The notes under the pieces: model-generated
Told to the model about the DNA's origin: nothing
The model's input: the letters and a program-made list of their open reading frames with translations, nothing else
Database searches by the model: none
Program-made: the position numbers and the translations under genes
Shown here: one piece after another, positions 23,097 to 32,834 of the stretch
Layout of the letters: each line of letters starts with the position of its first letter
How positions within the stretch are numbered: the first letter of the stretch is position 1
From: Planctomycetota bacterium
Lineage (GTDB): Bacteria > Planctomycetota > Brocadiia > CAIUPP01
Reading direction: 5' to 3'
NCBI GenBank assembly: GCA_022705425.1
Contig: JAKJEM010000001.1
Location: 104,253 to 168,252 of the forward strand
Length of the DNA: 64,000 nucleotides

Positions 23097-23404
23097 CGGG
23101 CATGGTCGGAAGGAAAAGGCCGCCGTGGTTTCGCCTGTGTTCCCGTTCTTGGGAGTCCCCAGGACAGCCCAAGGTCAGCGTTGTCCGAACCCTGCCCGGC
23201 AAAGGCAATCATGAAGTATCTCAAGACCGACATCTCGTCAAGTTCCTCGTCGTCCGCCAGGGCATAATTCTTGCGGGGGCGATGACAGCAGCTTGCGGCT
23301 GTCAGGGGTGGGTGGTAAAGTGTTCCGGCTTGCACAGCTTGCATGTCCGCATGCCGTTACCGGATCCCGGATCAACGACGAGGCCAAGCCCAGGAGCCTG
23401 CTGA

Positions 23405-26400
23405 ATGACCGCCGCCGTTGCGCCTGCGCTGTTGTTGCCTGAAGTCGGTCAAGCCGTCATCATACGCAACCGTCTCGCCCTGGTGCGGACCGTCGAGCCG
23501 TACGACACGCGCGACCGCACCGGCCGCCTGAATCTCGTGGAAGTCGAGTACCTCGACGACTTCCGCCACCCCTTGAGCGATCACGTGCTCTGGGAGATGG
23601 AACCCCAGAAGCAAATCATCGGCAAGACCTCGCTGCCCGGAGTGGATGCCAACCGCCCCGATCACCCCGCCGCCCTGCAAGCCTTCGTCAATGCCCACCG
23701 CTGGACGCGCCTGAACCGTCTGCGCGGCAGCGAGAGCGTCGAGGAAGAGCCCCTTCTGGGGGTGTGGAACTCCGCCATTCAAGTCCACTCCTACCAGTTG
23801 GAGCCGGTCCTGCGCGCGCTCGACATGCCCCGCGTCAGCCTCATGCTCGCCGACGGCGTGGGCTTGGGCAAGACCATCCAGGCCGGGCTGGTCCTCGAAG
23901 AACTGCTCCTCCGCCGTCGCATCCGGCGCATCCTGGTCCTGTGCCCGGCCATGCTCCAGCGCCAGTGGCAACTGGAGCTTCGGCGCAAGTTCAGCCTGGA
24001 GTTCCAGATCGTTGATTCCGACTCCACCTTCGACATGCGCCGCCGCCTGGGGATAGACACTAACCCCTGGAAAGCCCACCCCCGCATCATCACCTCGATG
24101 GACTACCTGCGCATGCCCGACGTGTTGCAGCAGTTCCTGCAGGCCTCCGGGGCCGATGCCATCCCCGGCAGCGGGCGCGTCGCACCCCACGGCCCGTGGG
24201 ACCTGCTCATTGTGGACGAGGCACACCACTTCGCCCCGCAGAGCGGCGGGCGGGCCAGCCAGCGCACACGCATGCTCCGGGAAATCCGCTTCCTCTTCGA
24301 GCACCGCATCTTCGCCTCCGCCACGCCCCACAACGGCAAGACCGTCTGCTTTACCGGCCTTCTGGAACTCCTCGATCCCGTCCGTTTCCAGATGACCGTC
24401 GAGATGTCGGAGCGCGATCACAGGCACCTGGGCGAAGTCCGCGTGCGGCGGCTCAAGGACGACATCAACAAGGTCTCGCTCCAGCCGCCCTTCGCCGAGC
24501 AACTCCCGCCGGTCGAACTGCCCCTGGCCCTCAACCCGAAGGAAGCCGCCCTTTATGACGCGCTGCGCGAGTACCGCCACAAGGGCGAGGCGGAATTGGC
24601 CTCCGGCAGCCCTTCCGAACGCTGGCTGGGCCGCTTCATCCACTCGTTGTTAACCAAGCGCCTCCTGTCCTGTCCCTATGCCTTTGCCCGCACCTGGTGG
24701 CGGCATGTCGAAGGCGGATCGGGGTCGGTGACCGGCGACCTGGCGGTCATGGCGCGCATCTCGGCCGAGAAGGCCGAGGACGAAGCGCGCAATGACGAGG
24801 AAAAGGCCGCCTATGAGGAAGACGCCGCGCGCTACGGCGGGGCCTGGCTGCGCGCCAGGGGCAAGGCGCTGGCCGCCTCGCAGTCGAAACTCGCCGCCGC
24901 CCTCGAAGCGATGGGCATGGGCCGCAACGCCATCGAGGGCGAGGCCCATCTGGCCGCCCTTGCGCGCAAGTCCGACTCCAAGACCGACGCCCTCGTGCGC
25001 TGGATCAAGGCCCACCTCTTCCAGAACGGCGCGCTGCGCGACGATGAGCGCCTCATCGTCTTCACCGAGTACAAGGAAACGCTCCTTTACCTGACCGAGC
25101 GCCTCCAGCAGGAGGGCTTCGACGAGAACACCCTGCGCCTGCTCTACGGCGGCATGGACACAGGCGATTTCGAGCAGGTCAAGAACGAGTTCGAGGACCG
25201 CGACGCCCCGGTGCGGCTGCTCCTGGCCACCGACGCCGCCTCCGAAGGCATCAACTTGCAGGACTGGTGCCGCTGGATCATCCATTACGATATCCCGTGG
25301 TCGCCCTCGAAAATCCTCCAGCGCAACGGCCGCGTCTCGCGCCACGGCCAGGTGCGCGACGTGAGCATCCATTACTTCCGCTGCAATCAGGAAGAGGACC
25401 TGGAGTTCCTCTGCAAGGTCGCCCAGAAGGTGGATCAGATCCGCGACGACCTCGGCAGCGTCGAGCGCGTCTTCAGCGCCGCCATCGAAAGCCACTTCAG
25501 CGGGCGCAAGGTCCGCCAGAGCGACCTCGACCTGTGGGTCGAGCAGGAATTGGCCGCCAGCCAGGAAAAGAAGGACCTCGGCCGTAACGCCGAGGAGGAC
25601 ACGCGCCGCCTCACCGAGCGCGCCAGCCGATTGCTGGAAGTCACCGATGCGCGTCTGCGCATCTCGCCCGAGGCGCTCGTGGGCCTGCTGGAAACCGCCC
25701 TGCGCGTCGAGGGCGGCGGCGCGCTCGAACCCATCCCCAACAGGCCCGGTTTTTACCGTCTGGCCCCGCCCCCGCGCTGGGAGCGCCTGGTCAGGGAAAC
25801 GCTCACCGTCGGCCCGCGCACCGACCGCATGGAACTCGTCTTCGACTCCGCCCTCGTGGAAGAGGAACACAACCACCGGCGCGTCCTCAAGCTCAAGAAG
25901 CACCAGGTCCTCATGCGCTTGAGCCATCCCGTCATGCGCCAGGCCATGGCCGCGCTCTGTCGCCAGTTGCATGACCCGGCCTCGACAGAGCCCATCTTCC
26001 GCTGGACGGTGGCGGCACTGCACAAGCCGAACTTCGAGGCGCTGATGGCCTTCTTCTACACCGTCACCGCCGTCAACGACCTCCGCGAACCCCTCCACGA
26101 CGAGGTGATGACGGAGGTCTTCCGCGTCGAAGGCGACCGGCTCGCCCCCGTGGAGCGCTCCTTCCGCGAGATGGTCCTCCACGCCGACCTCCTGGCCGTC
26201 CGCTCGCCGGAGCGGCGCGACAAGCTCTGGCAGACCTTCCGCCTGCGCTGGCCGCGCCATCGCGAGGCGCTGGAGCGGTTCCAGAAGGCCCAGGAGAAAG
26301 GTTGGATGGCCGATTTGCAGAAGCGCGCCGATGCCGCCTGCAAGCGCGAGACCGACAGCGCCGCGCAGAGCTACGACTCGCGCCTCAGGGAACTGGCCGA

Positions 26401-26704
26401 GCGCACGCGCGAGCGCGAGATGCGCAGACTGGCCGAGTCGCTCCTTTCCGCCAAAGCCGCCACGATGCAGGCCGCCATCTTCCCCGAGCTGCAGGAGGAC
26501 AAGAAGGCCGGCCTCCAGGCCCTCGAAGAGCAGATCGGCATCCTGAGCCGCGACGTGGAGCTCACGCGCGCGCTCCTCCTGCGCGAGCGCGACTACCGCC
26601 TCAAGCAGCTCCTGCCCGCCCGCTTTGCCCTGCGCGAGGTGCGCGTGCTGCCCCTGGCCGTTGAGTACATCGTCCCGGCCATGCCGGAGGATACCCGTTT
26701 GTGA
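23405..26704 (+). CDS. SNF2-family helicase, DISARM DrmD-like
   Basis: AGGAGC RBS. Walker A LADGVGLGKTIQ. DEAHH box (LLIVDEAHHF). SNF2_N layout. Helicase-C region LIVFTEYKETL...LLATDAASEGINLQ...QRNGRVSRHGQ. Confidence 0.75.
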   Translation: MTAAVAPALLLPEVGQAVIIRNRLALVRTVEPYDTRDRTGRLNLVEVEYLDDFRHPLSDHVLWEMEPQKQIIGKTSLPGVDANRPDHPAALQAFVNAHRWTRLNRLRGSESVEEEPLLGVWNSAIQVHSYQLEPVLRALDMPRVSLMLADGVGLGKTIQAGLVLEELLLRRRIRRILVLCPAMLQRQWQLELRRKFSLEFQIVDSDSTFDMRRRLGIDTNPWKAHPRIITSMDYLRMPDVLQQFLQASGADAIPGSGRVAPHGPWDLLIVDEAHHFAPQSGGRASQRTRMLREIRFLFEHRIFASATPHNGKTVCFTGLLELLDPVRFQMTVEMSERDHRHLGEVRVRRLKDDINKVSLQPPFAEQLPPVELPLALNPKEAALYDALREYRHKGEAELASGSPSERWLGRFIHSLLTKRLLSCPYAFARTWWRHVEGGSGSVTGDLAVMARISAEKAEDEARNDEEKAAYEEDAARYGGAWLRARGKALAASQSKLAAALEAMGMGRNAIEGEAHLAALARKSDSKTDALVRWIKAHLFQNGALRDDERLIVFTEYKETLLYLTERLQQEGFDENTLRLLYGGMDTGDFEQVKNEFEDRDAPVRLLLATDAASEGINLQDWCRWIIHYDIPWSPSKILQRNGRVSRHGQVRDVSIHYFRCNQEEDLEFLCKVAQKVDQIRDDLGSVERVFSAAIESHFSGRKVRQSDLDLWVEQELAASQEKKDLGRNAEEDTRRLTERASRLLEVTDARLRISPEALVGLLETALRVEGGGALEPIPNRPGFYRLAPPPRWERLVRETLTVGPRTDRMELVFDSALVEEEHNHRRVLKLKKHQVLMRLSHPVMRQAMAALCRQLHDPASTEPIFRWTVAALHKPNFEALMAFFYTVTAVNDLREPLHDEVMTEVFRVEGDRLAPVERSFREMVLHADLLAVRSPERRDKLWQTFRLRWPRHREALERFQKAQEKGWMADLQKRADAACKRETDSAAQSYDSRLRELAERTREREMRRLAESLLSAKAATMQAAIFPELQEDKKAGLQALEEQIGILSRDVELTRALLLRERDYRLKQLLPARFALREVRVLPLAVEYIVPAMPEDTRL

Positions 26705-26748
26705 GACAGTCGTGGATTCAGTTGAGCCCCGAACGCAAGGAGCACAGT

Positions 26749-27075
26749 ATGACAAGGACTTCCGATCTTCACTACAGCGCAACTGTGCATACCAATGACA
26801 TCGCGGTCTTGCATTGTCTGCGCGGCTTGGCTGAGTATGCTGAAGAGTCCCATCTCAAGCACGTTGCGTGGGGAGGCACGACACGAGACTATTGGGAGAA
26901 GCACGGTCATTGGGTCAAGTTCCATTTTTCCTCCACACGCTGTCGAGAATGCTTCAAGAACGAGGCGGCACGGCTTCTACCTTCAGGTAGCTGGAACTGG
27001 GTCAAGATGAAGGATGACGATCCTCCTGCGAAGGAAGAAGAGCGCAAGCTCAAGCCACCTCCTGACTTGGAGTAG
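26749..27075 (+). CDS. small hypothetical protein (108 aa) between the SNF2 helicase and the methyltransferase; markedly lower GC
   Basis: AAGGAG RBS is 7 nt upstream of ATG 26749. About 52% GC, against much higher GC in the flanking genes. No recognisable domain. Confidence 0.45.
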   Translation: MTRTSDLHYSATVHTNDIAVLHCLRGLAEYAEESHLKHVAWGGTTRDYWEKHGHWVKFHFSSTRCRECFKNEAARLLPSGSWNWVKMKDDDPPAKEEERKLKPPPDLE

Positions 27076-27087
27076 GACAGGCTGGTT

Positions 27088-30000
27088 GTGAACAAGAAGA
27101 ACGAAACGCTCGGCACCCTCCATGCGTGGTGGTCGCGCCTGCGCCATCAGGGGCTGCTGCTCTCGCCGGTCGTCTTCCTCGACGACGACCGCTTCCCGTG
27201 GCTTTCGGACGCCCCCGCCGCCCCGGACTGGAACGCCCGGCGCAAGCTCAAAGACGCCTGGACGCGCTTTCTCGCCCAGGTGGACAGCGGCGACGAGCGC
27301 GCCCCCGAGGAAGACGCCGTCCTGACCTGGACCGATGCCCTCACCGGCTTCCTCGGCATCCCGTCAGGCCAGGTGGCCAGGCAGGGCCACATCCCCGGCA
27401 GGCTCACCGCCGCGATCCGCATCGGCTCGCGCACCGAGACGATCCGCCCGCACCGCGTCGTCTTTGCCGACGCCGCGCAGGAGGTCCCCGCCCTTCTGGT
27501 CATGGCCGATACCTCGCCCCACGTGGGCCGGGGACGCGGCCGCACCGCCTATGCGCGCTTTGTCGAGCTCCTGCGCGCCACGGGCCGGCGTCTGGGTCTG
27601 TTGACGAACGGCTCGCAGTTCCGGCTGATCTACGCCGGGTTGGATTTCGAGTCCTGGTGCGAATGGGACGCCGACCGCTGGTTCACCGATGCCGAAGGGG
27701 CCGAGGAACTGAATGGGCTGCGCCGGTTGATCGGCCCGAAGGCCCTGGAAGCCTCGAAAGACGGCGTGCCGGCGCTTCTGGCGGCCGTGGAAGATTCGCG
27801 CAAGCGCCAGGCCGATCTCTCCAACGTCCTGCGCGAGAATGTCCGCCAGGCGGTCGAACTGCTCCTGGAGGAGGTCTCCGCCGCCCATCGCACCCACCCG
27901 GCGCTCTTCAGGGAGTTGGCCGCCGGCCCCGACGGCACATCGCTCCATGACGCCGAAGCGCAGGAGGCCATGCTCCAGGCCGGCGTGCGCGTGGTGATGC
28001 GCCTGGTTGTCTGTCTCTTTGCCGAGAGCCGCAAGCTCCTGCCGGTGGACGATCCCATCTACGCCCAATCCTACGGCGTGCGCGCCCTCTACGAGCTCCT
28101 CGACAGCGCCGCGCGCGCCGAGGGCGGCACGCGCGCTCTCGCCGACCGGCGCATGGCCTGGCCCAGGCTCATGGCCCTCTTCCGCCTCGTCCACGCCGGA
28201 TCGGCCCACGGCAGCTTCCCCGTGCCCGCCTACGGCGGCGCGCTCTTCCGTCCGGGTGAAGACGCCCACGAGGACCCCGTCTCGCGCGCACTGTACCTCC
28301 TGGAGCACGCCGTCCCCGTGCGCGACGAGGCGATCCTGCTCGTCCTGCAAAAGCTCCTCCGCGGGCCGCTGCCGGTCGTGCGCGGGCGGACCCGGACCTT
28401 CGTCGAAGGCCCCGTGGACTACACCAACCTGCGCACGGAGTTCATCGGCCTGATCTACGAAGGCCTGCTCGACTACCGCCTCAAGCGCGCCTCGGAGGAG
28501 TCCGGCCCGCAGGTCTTCCTCAACATCGGACGCGAACCCGTCCTGCCGCTGCGCCGTCTCGAGGCGATGCTCCACACCGACCGCAACGGCCTGAAGGACC
28601 TCCTGACCACGCTGCGCAAGGAGAAGGTCGCCGCGTCGGTCTCCTCCGATGAAGAACCCGAAGCCGAGGAAGCCGATTCGTCCGACGCGGCCGAGCCGCC
28701 CGATTCGGAGGAACCCGTCCTCCAGGACGCCTCGCCCGTCGTCACCACCACCAGCGCCCCCGACTACCTCGACGCCGACGCCCGCGCCCGGCAGTGGGCG
28801 CGCGAGGCGGCGCTGCTGCTGGGGCTTGTCGGCCGGAAGCGAAAGGGCGAGCCGGAGACGGAGTACCGCAAGCGCGTGGACGACGAGGCCGACCGCCTGA
28901 TCAAGCGCGTCGTGCCGGTGGGCGATTTCTACCTCGTGCGCGCGGGCAATACGCGCAAGGGCACCGGCACCTTCTACACCCGCCCGCAACTGGCCGTGCC
29001 CACCGCCCACCGCACCTTGCAGCCCCTCTGCTACGACAAAGCCCCCGACGGCCATCTCATCCCGAAGACGCCGCAGGAAATCCTCGCCCTCAAGGTCTGC
29101 GATCCCGCCTGCGGCAGCGCCTCCTTCCTCGTGGCCGCCCTGCATTATCTGACCGACGCGCTTTACGCCGCCCTCGTCGTCCACGCCGATATCGAAAACC
29201 CGCGCCGGGCCGGACAGGCCACCCTCCCCCTCGGCCGCAGGCGCACCGGCAAGGGCGAGGAGGAACTCCTGCCCTTCCCGCCCGACGACCCGCAGCGCGG
29301 CGAAAGCTTCACCGACGTGGTCAAGGCCCTCCTGCGCCGTCACGTGGTCGAACGCTGCATCTACGGCGTGGACATCAACCCGCTGGCGGTCGAGTTCGCG
29401 CGCGTGTCCCTCTGGATCGAAACCTTCGACAAGGACCTGCCCTTCTCCTTCCTCGACCACAAGGTCAAGGTCGGCAACGCCCTCGTCGGCTGCTGGCTGC
29501 GCCACATGCTCGACTATCCCCTCAAGGCCTGGGAGCGCAACGGCGGCGACGACCCCGACGCCCGGACCAGCGGCCCGCGCACCGAGCGCATCGAGACCTT
29601 CCTGAAAGGCCCCGTGGAAGCCAACGGCCGCCGCAGCGGCGACGGCATCATCAAACAGGAAATGCGCCGGATCATCGCCGGCCACTTCGCCGGGCATCTG
29701 TTCGGCGGGGAGGCCACGCCGGAGCAACTCCTCGTCGGCGCGCGCAAGTTCCACGAGACGATGCATGAAGTGTCGGTGCGTTCTCCCGAGCTGAAGGAGA
29801 AGATGTACGCGCACTTCGAGCACGGCCCGGCCCTCCAGCGCCTCAAACGCGCCATGGACGAATGGTGCGCCGTCTGGTTCTGGCCCATGGACGAGGAATC
29901 GGCCAGGCACGCGCCCACGCCGGAAACCTTCCACGCCTCCGATGTGGCCCATCCGCCGTCGTCCGGTGTGGCGCAGCCGCCGTTGTCCGGTGTGGCGCAG

Positions 30001-32364
30001 CCGCCCTCGGCTGCGGAATCCAGAGAGCAGACAGTGCCCTTGTCCGATGTGGCGCATCCGCCGTTGTCCGGTGTGGCGCATCCGCCGTTGTCCGATGTGG
30101 CGCAGCCGCCCTCGGCTGCGGAATCCAGAGAGCAGACCGCCTCACAGCCGGGGGCGGCTGTGCCACACACGGCCACGCCACAGCCGGGGGCGGCTGTGCC
30201 ACACACGACCCCCCGCGAAAGCCTCATCGCCCGCCTTCGCCGCGACCTCCGTTTCTTCCACTGGGAACTCGAATTCCCCGACGTCTTCACCCCTGCGCGC
30301 AGCGGCTTCGACGCGGTCCTCGGCAACCCGCCGTGGGAGACAGTTCAGCAGGAGAGCATGGAGTTTTTCTCGGAGTTTGATCCGCTCTACAGGACCTATG
30401 ACAAGCAGTCAGCACTCCGAAGACAGCAGGAGCTCTTCCGCGCCCTGCCTGAAGTGCGACGCTTGTGGCTCGACTATTGCGGGCGGTTCGCCTCCATGAA
30501 TAACTGGGTCCGCAATGCAGCGAATCCGTTCAACATGGTCTTGGATCGAGGCAGGAAGGGTGAACAGCTTGCCAGCGACTGGGCGTGTGAAAGGAAGAAG
30601 CGCATCGGCTATGCGCTGCCCGATGTACCCTTCCGTTGGCAGGGTTCGGGCAAGAATTACACTTACAAACTCTTCCTTGAGATGTCTCACGCCTTGATCC
30701 ACGACACGGGCCGCCTCGGCCTGATCGTTCCCTCCGGCCTTTACACCGACGCCGGCACCCGGGACCTGCGCACCCTCTTCCTGGAGCAGGGCACGTGGGA
30801 GTGGCTCTTCAGCTTCGAGAACCGGCGCAAGATTTTCGACATTGACAGCCGCTTCAAGTTCGCCCCGACGATTGTGGATCGGCGGCGCACCGGCGCGCCG
30901 ATGCAGGCCGCCTTCATGGTCCACGACGTCGCCGCCTGGGAGCGTCCCGACCCGCCCGTCTTCCCCTTCGACACGAGCCTCATCCCCCTCTTCTCCCCGC
31001 GCAGCAAATCCCTGCCCGAAGTCCGCACCCGGCGCGACCTCGACATCTGCCGCAAGATCTACGAGCACTCCATCCGCATCGGCGATAACGCCCCCGGATG
31101 GGAGATCACCTACGCCCAAGAATTCAACATGACGAGTGACTCCCGGCTCTTCCCCCCGCGCGAGAAGTGGGAGGCGAAGGGCTACAAGCCGGATGTCTTC
31201 GGGCGGTGGATCGGGCCGGAGGGGGATGTGGCGCTGCCGTTGTATCAGGGGACCATGCTTGGCCAACTGAACTTCAGTGAGCAAGGATTTGCATCCGGTA
31301 GCGGCCGAAGCAATCACTGGGAGATCATTCCCTGTGATAGATCGATAGTCCTGCCCAAGTACATGATCGGTGCCTCAGCCGCGCCCAGCAAGTCAAAGAT
31401 GTCTTGCGCGAAACTGGCCTTTCGTGACATCACCAACGCCACGAACGAACGAACATTCATAGGTGCAGTCCTGTGCGGTCTGCCCTGCGGGAACACCGCG
31501 CCCGTTCTCGTACCCAAGCAGCGGCCTCTCCGGAGAGCACTCCTCTTCTCTGCCGCGCTTTGCACCTTGACGAGTGACTACGCGGCGCGAATGAGAATTG
31601 GCGGAACGCATCTGAACTTCTTCATCGCGCAGGACATGCCAGTGCCGTTCGGGAACATCCCACAGGGTGCGGAAGTCTGTCTGGTGAGAATCGCCGCGTG
31701 CCTCAACTTCATCCACCGCCGTTTCGCCCCCGAATGGCTGCGGCTTCGCGCGCTCTATCCGGAGTTGGGGAAGCGGGAGTGGAAGTACTGGTGGGCGGTG
31801 ACGGAGGCGGACCGGCTGCGGCTGCGGGTGGAGATTGACGCGCTGTGCGCGGAGCTGTACGGGCTGGAGCCCGACGACTTCGACTGGATCGTGCGCGACG
31901 ACCCGAGCGACCCGAAGGGCTTCTGGCGCGTGGACAAGGAGCTGCCCTACCGCGAGCGCCTCACCGGCCTCGCCGCCGCCGCCTTCCGCGCCCTGAAGGC
32001 CGGCCAATGGTCCGCCGACTCCGCCGCCGCCCTTTCCAACGACGACTTCTTTGCCCTTCTCGGCATCCCCGAACTCACCAGCGAGCGCGCCGCAAAGGCC
32101 AAGGGCCTCTCCGAGCCGTTGATCCGCAAGCGCAAGGGCTGCCACCTCTGGCAGCCCGAAAAGTTCCCCGCCGCCGACCCGCGCCACGGCTGGACCTGGT
32201 CCCACTGCCACGCCGACGCCGTCGCGCTGCTGGGGAGCGAGGAGGCGGTGAAGGATTACGTTGAGGGCAAGACGCCGCCGGTGGCCGAGCCGGAAAAAGC
32301 CCGTAAGACCAAGCGGAAAGCCAAGATACACCCCGATCAGGCCGGGCTCTTCCGGGAGTCCTAG
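27088..32364 (+). CDS. N6-adenine DNA methyltransferase (gamma-class, Eco57I/PglX/DrmMI-like), 1758 aa
   Basis: Motif I is VCDPACGSASFLVAALHYL. Motif IV is VLGNPPWE. The N-terminal region is PglX/type-IIL-like. A C-terminal TaqI_C-like region is present. An in-frame tandem-repeat insert lies between motifs I and IV. Confidence 0.8.
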   Translation: MNKKNETLGTLHAWWSRLRHQGLLLSPVVFLDDDRFPWLSDAPAAPDWNARRKLKDAWTRFLAQVDSGDERAPEEDAVLTWTDALTGFLGIPSGQVARQGHIPGRLTAAIRIGSRTETIRPHRVVFADAAQEVPALLVMADTSPHVGRGRGRTAYARFVELLRATGRRLGLLTNGSQFRLIYAGLDFESWCEWDADRWFTDAEGAEELNGLRRLIGPKALEASKDGVPALLAAVEDSRKRQADLSNVLRENVRQAVELLLEEVSAAHRTHPALFRELAAGPDGTSLHDAEAQEAMLQAGVRVVMRLVVCLFAESRKLLPVDDPIYAQSYGVRALYELLDSAARAEGGTRALADRRMAWPRLMALFRLVHAGSAHGSFPVPAYGGALFRPGEDAHEDPVSRALYLLEHAVPVRDEAILLVLQKLLRGPLPVVRGRTRTFVEGPVDYTNLRTEFIGLIYEGLLDYRLKRASEESGPQVFLNIGREPVLPLRRLEAMLHTDRNGLKDLLTTLRKEKVAASVSSDEEPEAEEADSSDAAEPPDSEEPVLQDASPVVTTTSAPDYLDADARARQWAREAALLLGLVGRKRKGEPETEYRKRVDDEADRLIKRVVPVGDFYLVRAGNTRKGTGTFYTRPQLAVPTAHRTLQPLCYDKAPDGHLIPKTPQEILALKVCDPACGSASFLVAALHYLTDALYAALVVHADIENPRRAGQATLPLGRRRTGKGEEELLPFPPDDPQRGESFTDVVKALLRRHVVERCIYGVDINPLAVEFARVSLWIETFDKDLPFSFLDHKVKVGNALVGCWLRHMLDYPLKAWERNGGDDPDARTSGPRTERIETFLKGPVEANGRRSGDGIIKQEMRRIIAGHFAGHLFGGEATPEQLLVGARKFHETMHEVSVRSPELKEKMYAHFEHGPALQRLKRAMDEWCAVWFWPMDEESARHAPTPETFHASDVAHPPSSGVAQPPLSGVAQPPSAAESREQTVPLSDVAHPPLSGVAHPPLSDVAQPPSAAESREQTASQPGAAVPHTATPQPGAAVPHTTPRESLIARLRRDLRFFHWELEFPDVFTPARSGFDAVLGNPPWETVQQESMEFFSEFDPLYRTYDKQSALRRQQELFRALPEVRRLWLDYCGRFASMNNWVRNAANPFNMVLDRGRKGEQLASDWACERKKRIGYALPDVPFRWQGSGKNYTYKLFLEMSHALIHDTGRLGLIVPSGLYTDAGTRDLRTLFLEQGTWEWLFSFENRRKIFDIDSRFKFAPTIVDRRRTGAPMQAAFMVHDVAAWERPDPPVFPFDTSLIPLFSPRSKSLPEVRTRRDLDICRKIYEHSIRIGDNAPGWEITYAQEFNMTSDSRLFPPREKWEAKGYKPDVFGRWIGPEGDVALPLYQGTMLGQLNFSEQGFASGSGRSNHWEIIPCDRSIVLPKYMIGASAAPSKSKMSCAKLAFRDITNATNERTFIGAVLCGLPCGNTAPVLVPKQRPLRRALLFSAALCTLTSDYAARMRIGGTHLNFFIAQDMPVPFGNIPQGAEVCLVRIAACLNFIHRRFAPEWLRLRALYPELGKREWKYWWAVTEADRLRLRVEIDALCAELYGLEPDDFDWIVRDDPSDPKGFWRVDKELPYRERLTGLAAAAFRALKAGQWSADSAAALSNDDFFALLGIPELTSERAAKAKGLSEPLIRKRKGCHLWQPEKFPAADPRHGWTWSHCHADAVALLGSEEAVKDYVEGKTPPVAEPEKARKTKRKAKIHPDQAGLFRES
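29938..30210 (+). repeat. in-frame tandem repeat block (21-nt units plus larger ~36-90-nt units) inside the methyltransferase gene
   Basis: Repeated tccgRtgtggcgcaKccgccg units, the duplicated cagccgccctcggctgcggaatccagagagcaga block, and the duplicated cagccgggggcggctgtgccacacacg block. They encode SDVAHPP/SGVAQPP/.../PQPGAAVPHT repeats. Confidence 0.8.
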
Positions 32365-32409
32365 GCCATGTGCGGACAGCGCGCGGCAGAAAATCGCTGT
32401 GTGGGCTTC

Positions 32410-32438
32410 TTGACAAAAGGCTATCATATGATAGTATT
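32410..32438 (+). promoter_or_regulatory. putative sigma70-like promoter with a 14-bp perfect palindrome operator upstream of the mqsR-like gene
   Basis: TTGACA (32410-32415), a 16-17-nt spacer, then TAGTAT/AGTATT. The perfect palindrome CTATCATATGATAG (32421-32434) overlaps the spacer and -10. GGAG RBS lies 6 nt before ATG 32454. Confidence 0.35.
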
Positions 32439-32453
32439 ACCTTGGAGCGGGGC

Positions 32454-32834
32454 ATGCCGGTGGCCAGTCGAGCACAGGTAGCTGCGTTCCTTCACGTCTT
32501 CAAGAGCTGCTTCAGGCTCGATCGCTTCTCTGTCAAAGACAGACAGAAGAACCGGCAAGCCCTCATTGCCCTGGCGATGGACCCTGCGGAGCGCCGGGAT
32601 GCGCTTCTCGGTCTCCAGCCGGACGATTACGTTGCCGGGCCCAAGCCGGACGATACGGACGACACCAGGGAAGTCTGGGAGTTCGGCAGGACCATCGGGA
32701 CGACAGAGGTTTACATCAAAGTGCGCGTGGTCCAGGATCCGAAGAAGAAGAATGTCCACCACGCGGTGGTGTGGTCATTCCATCCGGCCGAGTTCCGAAT
32801 GAAGTATCCGCTGAGAGGAGGGAGTGGGTCATGA
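32454..32834 (+). CDS. mqsR: MqsR-family toxin (type II TA ribonuclease toxin, RelE/MqsR fold)
   Basis: The C-terminus ...EVYIKVRVVQDPKKKNVHHAVVWSFHPAE matches the MqsR C-terminal signature (QVYLKITVIHD...LIVSFKEK). The toxin-first gene order matches mqsRA. GC is low. Confidence 0.55.
   Translation: MPVASRAQVAAFLHVFKSCFRLDRFSVKDRQKNRQALIALAMDPAERRDALLGLQPDDYVAGPKPDDTDDTREVWEFGRTIGTTEVYIKVRVVQDPKKKNVHHAVVWSFHPAEFRMKYPLRGGSGS

Noticed and set aside
23330-23370. Possible sigma54 -24/-12 element (cTTGCACagcTTGCAtg) upstream of the SNF2 helicase gene
   Set aside because: It has a TGGCAC-to-TTGCAC mismatch, and GG-to-GC spacing is 10 rather than 11. There is no nearby enhancer-binding-protein gene. 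Too weak to call.
24650-30081. 710-aa and 905-aa minus-strand ORFs antisense to the SNF2 helicase and methyltransferase genes
   Set aside because: Antisense artefacts of GC-rich coding sequence. No motifs. The sense-strand products have canonical helicase and MTase motifs.
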